Source: an uncultured Pseudomonadota bacterium (GTDB taxonomy: Bacteria > Pseudomonadota > Alphaproteobacteria > Rs-D84). From it: a stretch of 64,000 nt of DNA. Position 1 is the first letter of the stretch, and every line of letters starts with the position of its first letter. The DNA lies in NCBI GenBank assembly GCA_902774285.1, contig CACYHO010000002.1, positions 27,023-91,022 of the forward strand, given 5' to 3'. The notes under the pieces are model-generated. The model saw nothing but the letters and a program-made list of their open reading frames with translations, made no database searches and was not told the origin of the DNA. The translations under genes were made by a program, and so were the position numbers. This document shows positions 39,706 through 51,800 of the stretch, one piece after another.

Positions 39706-39806
39706 ACCAGAACAATTAGAATGTGCTTGCGAACATACCTTCTGCTGTGCTGGTTATACCAGAGAATGTATTCAAAGGTATTGTACCATTCAAACCAGAA
39801 CAATTA
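39631..39806. repeat. Perfect 88-bp tandem duplication (2 x 88 bp) inside an LRR unit
   Basis: 39631-39718 and 39719-39806 are identical base for base when read by eye. The junction reads TTC TAA TTG on the minus strand, and that TAA is the stop of the 39716-52165 ORF. Confidence 0.9.
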
Positions 39807-42800
39807 TAGAATGTATTTGCAAACATATTATCAGCACCAGTTCCACCAACGATATTTTTGAAACTCGGAACATTACCGGTTAAACCGCTACAATTCTGGA
39901 ATGTGCCAGAAAACATACCTGATGCCGCACTGTTTATACCACTAAAGGCATCTGATGGCACACCGCTTAAGCCAGAACAACCAGAGAATGTTTGTCTAAA
40001 CATACTATCTGCACCACCAACTATATTTTTGAAGCTCGGGGCATTGCCGGTTAAACCGCTGCAACCATAGAATGTACCAGAAAACATCTCTGTTGCTGCA
40101 CTGTTTATACCCAAAAACGCATCTGGTGATATTGGTCCACTCAAACCAGAGCAACCTTGAAATGTCCTGAAAAACATTCGACTTTGACCAGCGCCATTGA
40201 TATTGCTGAAATATGGGATGCGGCCAGTCAATTTTGAACAACCAGCGAATGTATTATCAAACATACTTTGTGCTGTGCCGTTTATACCTTCAAAAGCATC
40301 AGATGGTATTGTACCATTCAAACCAGAACAATTATAGAATGTGTGTCTAAACATATTATCCGCGCCAGTTCCGCCAACAATATTTTTGAAACTTGGGACA
40401 CTACCAGTCAACCCAGAACAACCATAGAATGTTACAGCGAACATACTGGACGCTGCACTTGTTATACCCAAAAACGCATCAGGTGATATTGGTCCAGTCA
40501 AACCGGAACAATTACGGAATGTACCAGAAAACATAGATGGTTTACCTTCACCATGGATGTTGCTGAAATCTGGGATTCCGCCAGTCAATTTTGAACACCC
40601 TTCGAATGTGCTCTCAAACATCATAGTTCTAGTTCCGGTAACGCCAGAGAATATATTGGTTGGTATCGTCCCTTCTATTTCCGATCCGCCCGCAAATGTT
40701 TCGCCAAACCCAGGTTGAGATTTCCAATTATTATTTGACAGATTTGAAACCGTTTTAAATATTGAACCTAACGAACCATATATTTTGTTAATTTTCTTTA
40801 CATTTGTATCTTGCAACAATTGGGTGCCGGTATATCCACTGTATGTATAATTTACTTTGTTAAATGATATTGATGTTTCACTACCATTGCCATATCCTTC
40901 TGCTTCACCAGCAAAATTTATTGTTTTTGTTCCAGCCGTTGTATATGTACATGTGTATATCCGTTTATTTGGATAATCTGGACGATAAATACGTGTTCCG
41001 TACAGATTGTCAACATCAGTTGGGTTAGCATTGCTGGTCAAAGTCCCGTCCGCGCCGCAATCTACATAAAATGTCCCGGCCGCAGCAATACTAAATCCAA
41101 ATGTTTTATCATCATCTGGGATAACAACATCCAACCAGAACTTACGTGGATAACAAGTCCCCAAATATTCAATTTCTGTTGATGAACAAATACCGGTTAA
41201 CAATGTCCATTTTGCATATAATTCTTTGTTACCAGTTGAACCGTGTGTAATTTCTGTAATACGGGTATCAAATGTTGATTCTGCAAACCAACCATCAAAT
41301 GCATATCCTGTCTTTGTCGGATCTGCCAAAGTTATTGTTTCACTGTTGACATTATAACTTGATGGGTTGTTTGCATTATTTGTTCCATCATCAAGGTTAT
41401 ATGTGATTGTGTATGTATATTTACATTGTGAAACATCGTCCGCAACACCTTCACCAACATAATATGCATTACCAGACAGATATGTTCCCTGGTTATTTGT
41501 ATCAGTCACAGGGCAGGTCGTATAACACTGATTGATTGTGTCATTTGAACCAGATACCGATGTATAATTATTTGGACATGGCGAACACCATGGTTTAGAT
41601 GCAGCGCTTCCAAATTCAGATTTTACCTGATATGTGCCAGCCGGACATGGATTATCAAAACCAGAGTCGTTGAACATATCAGTCATAATATTGTTGGTAC
41701 TATAATTTGTTCCTGCAGTATAAACGTTATTTAAAAACGATCCATCAACATAATTATGAACAACACCATTGTTATCTGGCATTTGATTCAAGTTAGAACA
41801 ACCATAGAATGTACCTGCAAACATGCCTCGTGCTGTTCCGGTTATACCAGAAAATACATCTGATGGTATCGTACCGTTTAATCCGGAACACGAGAAAAAT
41901 GTGGCAATAAACATATTATTAGCACCAGTTCCACCAACGATGTTTTTGAAACTCGGGACATTACCGGTTAAACCGCTACAACCTGAGAATGTATATGCAA
42001 ACATACTTGCTGCTGCGCTGTTTATACCAGAGAATGCATCTGATGGTATTGTGCTATTCAAACCAGAACAACCATAGAATGTACCTGCAAACATGCTATC
42101 AGCACCACCAATTATATTTTTGAAACTCGGGACTTTACCGGTTAAACCGCTACAATTATGGAATGTACCAGAAAACATCTCTGTTGCTGCACTGTTTATA
42201 CCCAAAAATGCATCTGATGGTATTGTACCGTTTAATCCAGAACAACCGTTAAATGTCCTATAAAACATCCGATTTTGACCAGCGCCACTGATATTACTAA
42301 AATCTGGGACACCGCCGGTCAATTTTGAACAACCATCGAATGTACTCTCAAACATGTATATTCTTGTTCCGGTAACGCCAGAGAATATATTGGCTGGTAT
42401 CGTCTCTTCTATTTCCGATCCGCCAGCAAATGTTTCCATAAACATAGGCTGGGCTTCCCAGTTATTATTTGACAGATTTGTAATCGTTTTAAATATTGAA
42501 CCTAACGAACCATATATTTTGTTAATTTTCTTTACATTTGTATCTTGTTGTAATAACTGACTGTCAGTATATCCAACAGATGTAAAATTCATTGTGTTAA
42601 ATGATATTGATGTTTCAGTACCATTGCCATATCCTTCTGCTTCACCAGCAAAGTTTATTGTTTTTGTTCCAGCCGTTGTATATGTACATGTGTATATCCG
42701 TTTATTTGGATAATCTGGACGATAAATACGTGTTCCGTGCAGATTGTCAACATCAGTTGGGTCGGCATTGCTGGTCAATGTTCCATCTGCACCACAATCT

Positions 42801-45800
42801 ACATAGAATGTCCCAGCAGCTGCAATCATGAATTGGAATTGCTTATCATCATCTGGGATAACAATATCCATCCAGAACTTACGTGGATAACAAGTCCCCA
42901 AATATTCAATTTCTGTTGATGAACAAATACCGGTTAACAATGTCCATTTTGCATATAATTCTTTATTACCAGTTGAACCGTGTGTAATTTCTGTAATACG
43001 GGTATCAAATGTTGATTCTGCAAACCAACCATCAAATGTATATCCTGTCTTTGTCGGATCTGCCAAAGTTATTGTTTCACTGTTGACATTATAACTTGAT
43101 GGGTTGTTTGCATTATTTGTTCCATCATCAAGGTTGTATGTAATTGTGTATGTGTTTTGACTCCATTTCGCATATAATGTTAAGTCGACATTTGTGACAC
43201 TGGAACCCGATGCATATACAACCCCACCATCGGCCGATGTTGCCCAACCACCAAAAGAATATCCTGTGCGGTTTGGTTCACAAAGTGTTGTTGTACCAGA
43301 ATAGGTTGTATTATCACATCCAGAACCACCATCTAAATTATATGTTATTGTGTACGTGTTTGGATTACAACTTGGTGATGTGCTAACTTGCGAATTTGTA
43401 TTCCCATAGAACGTTCCAGATTGTTCACCATTTGTATTATAATATTCAACGCAAGTATATGTGTATTTACAACGATTTGGATCATCAGATACGATCGATT
43501 CACAAGATGCTACACTAACATCATGCAGACATCTACAATTACTAAATTTTGCATACCATGTTGTATCGGCAGTAGTTGATACTGTACTTCTTAACAATCC
43601 ATCTGCCTGTATTTTTTGCACATTATTGCTGTCATAATACCCTTGGAATAATCCTGATGTGCTTGTTGGGATTGTCACAGATGTTATCGTGTTGCCATTG
43701 GCGTCTGTCCATCTGCTGTTATATATTTCTTTGATGGTTCCCATACCACCAGATCCGCCATTTGTCACATCATCTAATGTCACGGTGTATGTATTTGATG
43801 TCCATTTTGCATATAATGTTTGATCGCCACCACTTAAATCAGCAGATGTATTTAATGGGTTCCCAGTATATGCCAAACTGGTATACCAACCAGCAAATGT
43901 AAATCCATCGCGCACAGGTATTGGGAATTCGTCTGACACACAAGCATCATCAAATTCGGCAGCATGCATCTTTGGATTTGCTATTACACCACCGGCACAG
44001 CTGATCGCACAGTTATTAGTGCATTCAGACATTGTGTTAGAAAATACCCATGTATCACTTGCCGAAGTCGAAACATTGCTGTTATTATCAACAAAAGATT
44101 CAACTTTGCACCAACAATTATTACCAGACGCAGTAGTATTTGGATTGCCAACTGTTCCTGCACTAGCGGCCGATGTTGTGCTGCACCATGATTTACCATT
44201 GATGGTACCGTATGTCCATTCTACCGCCCAATCACCATTGGACAAATCGTCAAACAACGCGTTATTGCAATCTTCGCTTATTGCTGTATTACCATTATCG
44301 CCTGCATAACAATAAGTGCCGTTTAATCTTTTGCTTTTGAACATCACCATTTCAGCATCTGTTTCATCTATTATCGCAGATAAACATGTGCCCATATTGC
44401 CACCATCATTATAATAATAATTTCTGTCAGCGATTGTGTTCCCACCATATGTATTAAATGAAATTGTTGCATAGCACTGTTTTTTCATCCATGCGGCGCG
44501 TTGTGAATGAGTATAGGCACCGTTTGTTTCCACAGAACAAGATTTATAAGTATCACTTACATCAGTTGTTACGTCACCTGTTTCAAGATCAGTCAAATTA
44601 CCATATACAGATATTGCCCCAATATTGTTTGAATAAAATTCTCTTTCTTCTTCTTCCATATTTTCATTATTTATCACTGCGTCATATGTTGCAGTATAGT
44701 AACCCGCGTCACCTTCGGTACATACATATGGTGCCCCCATATGTGATTTGATTGTATTAATAACATTTGTTGTACATGTTGAATCACCATCACATTGATT
44801 TATCTGGCTTGCAATTTGCGTTTCAAAATCAATATCAGATTGTGGGATATAATAACCATTGGCACATAATACAATGTCATAAAAACCAAGTGCAGCACCT
44901 GGCAGCAACGGCAAACAATTTGTATAAGCATGTGTAGTTGAATCATATGCACATGATGTCGTACTCATTGCATTTCTTGTGTTTGCAGGCAAAGAGCTGT
45001 CATAATTTTGGTCTGCCGAGATAGAATAACCAAAATTGGAAGTTTCAATTACAGATTGTTTACCATATACAAAACCAGCAGCACAATCTCCTTCTGTATC
45101 AGACAACTCTATGTCACCAGACAACCAAGGTAACGTAGCATAACCAGTGATTGAATATGCGCCTTCTTGGGCATTTGTTGTTGTCGGACAGTCTATTTTA
45201 CCTTGATCAATATTAGTTATTGTGATTGGACCACCCGGACAATAATAACCACCTCCGTAACATTCTTCACAATCGTTACCATTTGTTGTATTTTCCGCTC
45301 TGACATAATATCCCGGCGGGCAGGTTATACGTGTCCATTTTGCATATAGTTCTTTGTCACCATACATATCTGATGTGATTTTGTTTATTGTATTACCGTT
45401 ATCATCATACCAATAACCAGAAAACACATGATCCGCCACATTAACATTTGTTGGCAGGTTGATGGTGCTGCCCGTTGTATAAGAGGTCGGATTAAGGCCG
45501 TTTATTACTTCGCCATTATAACTTGTTTTATATGTAATAGTGTATGTGTTTGGTGTCCATTGGGCAGTAAATCTTACCGTTCCAGATGTTGCGCGCAAGT
45601 TTTTAAATGTTTTTGCCGTTATTCCAGATAAACTGGTTGCGTTGGTTGTTGATGAACCAATAGTATGTTCCGTATCATCCATACCGGTTATATTCCATCC
45701 GGCAAAAGTATATCCATCGCGGGTTGGACCCGATTTCGTAAAACTGGAGTTATAGGTCGCATTAGAACTAGTGATACTGCTGTTACCGTCATTTAAATCT

Positions 45801-48800
45801 GTTTCAACCGTGTATCGATTTGCGGTCCAATTAGCATATGCTGTTATATTGCCGTTTGTTGTATAAACAGCATCCAATATATTTCCAGAAGAATCTATGT
45901 ATTGTGTTCCGTTACCACTAGTGGAAAAATTATACCCATTAAATGTGTATCCCAAGCGGGTTGGTAATGTTATTGGTGTTGACAGGCAATTTGCAGAGGT
46001 TCTATTTTCAGCAACAGACGCATCAGCGGCATAATAAGTGCAAGGATTATTGCTTTCATTATAACGATACCAGAATTCAGACACATTTGACGATGTATTT
46101 GCGCCATTATCTTGCAATGTAACCTTATAAACGAGTGGTTCCCAATGTGCATATAATGTAATAGCTGCAGACGGAGTATAGCGAGAAGGCCCAATATATG
46201 TCGAACCTGAAGTACACCTGGCGACACAATTACCACCGTTTTGTGTTTCATACCAACCAAGGAAATTGTATCCATCGCGGGTATTTACAACTGGTGGATA
46301 AACATATTGTGGTTGCCATTGTGCGTGCCATACATTATTATTTGTGGTATATAATTTTCCTGCGTTTCTACCATCAGTTGTCATATATCCAGCGCCAGAA
46401 ATATATTGTGTTCCACCAGTGACATCGCTGTAATAACCGTCAAATTCGTAAGTTGACTTTGTATTATCGTCAGTCAAAGCATTTTTTATGCTTCCGCCAT
46501 TTGCATTATAAGATACGGTTATATAATCAGAACGTTGCGGTATTATTATTGGGTTTGAAGAATTCACAATTGTTGTGCGTGCACTGTCCAAATAAACGTT
46601 TGTATTATATGTTGTATAAATGGTGGCAGTACCATTTGTAGTCGCGTTTGCATTATCCAATGTAATTGCATATCCATTTGGATCACAACTTGGCGATGTG
46701 CTGGATTGTGAGTTTGTATTCCCATAAAATGTTCCAGATTGTGCGCCGTTTGTATTATAATATTCACGACATGTATATGTGTATTTGCAACGATTTGGAT
46801 CATCAGATGCGATTGATTCACAAGATGCTACACCAGTAGCAGTTGTACACACACAATTACTAAATTTTGCATACCATGTTGCATTGGCAGTGATTAATGT
46901 TTTATTTGTTAAAGCCCCATTGGCTGATATTTTTTGTACATTATTGCTGTCATAATATCCTTGGAATAATCCTGATGCACTTGTTGGGATTGTCACAGAT
47001 GTTATTGTGTTGCCATTGGCGTCTGTCCATTTGTTGCCATATATTTCTTTGATGGTTCCCATACCACCAGATCCACCATTTGTCGCATCATCCAATGTCA
47101 CAGTGTATGTATTTGGTGTCCATTGGGCATATATTGGGAAACTACGAGTTGAATCAGACGCTTCATCATCCAATTCACCAGTGTCATCATCTTCACTATC
47201 ATAGCCAATATAACCATTCCGTGTTATCATCAAGTTTCCGCCAGTTTGTGCATCAAAATATCCATTAAATGTATATCCAGTGTAATCTGGTACCGATTTG
47301 CCACATTGTGAAGTTGTTATATTATAATCATCCCATGCCTCTATTGTCGCTGCATCATCACAGTATATACCGGAAGTTAAATCGCTTCCATAGTCAGCAT
47401 TACCGCTTGATACCGCATACATATATTGAGGAGTTGGCGAACCACCCCTTGCGTACAATGTAACAGTATAAACAGGAACCCAACGCGCATATAATGTCAC
47501 ATTTGCGTCTGTCTTGTTCCAAGTGCGCACAGGAGAACCTTTGCGGGTATAATATGCAGTGCCACCTGTTGCCGCAGATGTATCATACCAACCACCAAAC
47601 GCATATCCAGATCTTGTCGGTTTTGTTGTTGACGACAATGTCGGCATTGATTGACCATATATCGCAGGATCACTGACAGTAGGTGCCGTTCCATCGCCAC
47701 CATTTAAATTAAATGTCAAATTTGAAGCCTTCGCTATCCATCGGGCATATATCGTGAAATTACCGCTAGATTCACCAGCCAAATAATCAATATCGTCACC
47801 ATCTACAGAAGTGTAACCTGTTTCACTGATAACCTGATGCCCACCACTTTGTGTATTATAATATCCATCAAATGTATATCCAGTACGTGTTGGCACCGCA
47901 AGTATAGAGTTTCCTTGTCTATCTTTGTAATCTGTTATAAGCTTATTAGACGCGTTTACTGTTGCGGCTGCATCAAAATATACACCAAACGAAATACCAT
48001 CATATTCATAGTCTTCTGAGACGGCATACATATATTGGGTTGGTGAACCACCATTTGCGTTCAATGTAATAGTATAAACAGGGACCCAACGCGCATATAA
48101 TGTCACATTTGCGGCTGTCTTGTTCCAAGTGCGCGCGGAAGAACCATCGCGACGATAATATTGTGTTCCGTCGCCAACATCAGGGTCGTCCCACCAACCA
48201 CCAAACGCATATCCTGTTTTTGTTGGTTTTGTTGTTGACGACAATGTCGGCATTGATTGACCAGCTGTTGCAGGACCAGCTGTTGGTGCAGTACCAGTTC
48301 CGCCATTCAAATTAAATGTCAGATTCGAAGAAGCCAATGTCCATTTGGCAGTAAATGTTTTACCACTTGTATAAGTCCATTTGAACGCAGTACCTGCTGG
48401 TCTGTCAGATGTTCCATCATTCCAGCCTGCAAATGTATAACCCGTCTTTGCACATGTGTTATTAGCATCTGGTGTAAAGTTAGCATTATATGTAGCCGTA
48501 CCATTAGTAGGCGGATTACCGGTCGCGCCAGTTCCACATGCATATTTTACGGTATATGTATTGGCTGCGCAAGTTGAAGCAGTTCCTGGGAAGCCCCTGT
48601 CAACAGAGCCAAGCAAAGCAGCACGATACGCTAGATTATCATTGTCGTCTGCCATAAGGCGATACGCACAAATAAACGAACAATCCCCCGCACAATAATG
48701 ATTTTGATCAAAATTATTGGTTAACACCCAAGAAGAAGATACCTTTTGCCAGTTTTCACCGTCTGCTGTATATCCATCAATATGACACCAACAATGTCCC

Positions 48801-51800
48801 GCGTCAGTATCATATGGCCGATCATTAATTGAAGATTGTGTCGAAAATGTAGAATTTGTACCATTAAAATTGACCGTTCCCGATGTTGTGCTGCACGCAG
48901 CATGACCGCGGATTATACCACGATCACCATAATTTACCGCAAATGAATTATTATCACCAGCAGTCAGGCCATAGAAACTTGGATCATGATTTGTGTATTC
49001 CTTATAATTAGCATTATAATTCGCATCGATACTTGCCTGACTTTCAGCCGCACCCGTTCCAATTATGTCTACTAAATCTACAGCAGAGCCTGGATTAAAT
49101 GTATAACCCGTATCACATGTGAATTTAGAATGATATGTTTTGTCACCAATGGCTGTTGTAGATATGGTTTGTGTCGTGGCACAGTTTGTTAATCCGGCAT
49201 CCAAGCACCATTTATCAAATGATCCATGCGCTTTTGATGGTGTCGCATTGATTGTTGCGCCAGTGCCAACAGTATATGTTGTTGTCGGTGTTAAACCAGT
49301 CAATGTCATTCCACCGTCCATATACGTGATGTCATATGTATTTTTTACCCATTTGGCTGTTAATGTTATTGTGTCGGTACGATACTGACTACCTGCTGCA
49401 GTTGCTATAGATTCGCCAGCAGAATATATCTGTTTTTCTTCACACAGTCCATCGTTGATATCAAGGACACAGATCCAACCATCAAATGTATAACCTGTCT
49501 TTGTATAAGTATTTGCCGGTGCAGCAGTGCAATTTCCGCCATATGTACACGTCTGATTTGCTGGTGTTGTTCCACCAGTATTTCCATAACCATAATACTT
49601 TACATAAAATGTGTTTACTGTCCATTGTGCATATAATGTTGTGACGGATGTATTATCATAATTCTTTACGGATGCCCCATTTTTATCGTAATATTGTGTT
49701 CCACCACTTGTTGCAGTGAAATAACCATTAAATTTATATCCTGTGCGTGTCGGCAAAGTTATCGGTGTTGGCATCGCAGAACCATATGTCGCCGTCACAG
49801 ATGTTGTACCCGCCGTAGCATCTGAAGCATTTTTATTCAATGTAACAGTGTATGTGCTTGGGGCGTTTTGTGTCCATTTTGCGATCAAAGTGACTTCGTC
49901 TGTATTTGTATAATGATTGGCTATATAATTTGCCACTGACGATACATTTATCGAACCAGATGACGATATCCATTGTTCTGTTTGATAATTTGCATCATAA
50001 TATCCTGCAAAAGTATATCCAGAAAGTGTTGGTGGTGTAGTACTACTTATATTTCCGCTGCTGTTACCCTGAACCAAGTTAACGTTTGAATCATACATAT
50101 TACCATTTGACAAAGCATACAAAATATTTTTAGTGCCGGTTCCACCGTTATGATTCAAACGAACCTTGTAATATTTTGAATTACATGCTGTGTTAGTATT
50201 TGCCCATTTGGCATATAACACCAGATTACCAGATTGATTGGAAGAGTTTGTAACAGCATTGCCTGAAAAGTTCGCTGTTTTATACCAACCAACAAATTCA
50301 TCGTTTGCCTTTGAAACATCAATCAAACGAACCGCATAGTTTCCATCAGATTCATACTGATATTTAACGACAACCGGTGGATTACAGTTGTTTTGCATAA
50401 ATGTAACCGTCGCATAACAGTCGTTTATGCTGACCGCACCAATGTCTGAATTAGGGAAGGTTGATGGACAGTTTGAACATGTTGTTGAATTTGCATATTG
50501 CCCGGGTGAACAAATCGTCGCATTTTCACATCCTGACAATGTGTTATTATAACATCTGCCACAAACAGCACCACTAATATGCTTAATAAACAGCTTATCT
50601 TGGTAGGTCAATTTCCGCATATTAGCCGGACAAGATTCGCTTAATACGGGTGTGACCTTAACACCATTTACATACTCTGGTGCGGTAAAAGAATGAAATG
50701 CGGACGTACTAGAACCGATATCATATCCGGTATCAGCAAAATTAGTAATCAGAGATTCAGAAACATAATAATCACTTGCATCATACTTAGCCAACGCAAA
50801 CATATTTTTAAATGCCATTTTCGCTGGAACACCGCTTAACCTATTAAACAATGTTTCCGGCAAACCATGTAATCCATCGCCAGATAAACCGGCACCACGG
50901 AATGTGTCATAAAACAACCCATATGATGGTGTTCCGTATATATTTCCAAACAAATCTTTGGGAATATATTTTAAATATTTTGCACCATTAAATGTATTAT
51001 AATACATATATGATTGTTGTTCACCCGCGATTGTTTCAAATAATGCAGGCTGAATTTCGGTTAAACCTTCATTGCCATAAAAGGTCCCATGGAACAAACC
51101 GGCGCTCGTTCCGTGCAACCCTGAAAATAAGCCGGTTGGAATATTTTGTATACCGGAACCAGAAAAAGTATATGCGAACATACAAATACCAGGCTCTCCA
51201 CTTACACCATCAAAAACATTTGCAGGTATCGATGTCATGTTTTTCGTGCCAGAAAAAGTTTCACGAAATATTGGTTGTTTATTACCATTGGTTAATGTTT
51301 TGAATATTTTTCCCAAACTTCCCGATACACTTTGTACTTTTTCTCCACTGCCACTTGCTATTCTGAATACATTCCATTTTGGGCATCGATTATAATTTGA
51401 ATCAGAAGTCTCTGTATTGTCCACCATAGATGCGCTTATTGCCAAATAATCCTCTACATCGCCACTAAATCTGATGATATGTTCGCCCGCCAAACTGTAC
51501 GAACACGTAACTGTTTGTTTGCCCGAACAACTATAATTACCGGAACTTGATGTACAATTGATACCTTTTATATAAACCTTTGCCACGGTTCCAGAGACCG
51601 TCGTGCTGAGATATTGCAGCGAATTTGCTTCACTGTAACTGGGTGTTCCACCTAAACCACAATCAACATAAAATGTTCCTTGTGCTGCACCACCAAACTC
51701 AAATGATATTGAAGTTGTAGAACTCGTCGTTTTAACACTGAAATATGCGGTTTTACATGTCCCGTTGAAATTAATCTCGTTCAAAGAACACGTGCTTGAT

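Noticed and set aside
39600-42560. A regular periodicity of about 87-90 bp that could superficially resemble a CRISPR or satellite array.
   Set aside because: The period corresponds to 29-30-aa BspA-type LRR units in an open reading frame. There is no alternation of conserved repeats with unique spacers, and no cas genes are present.
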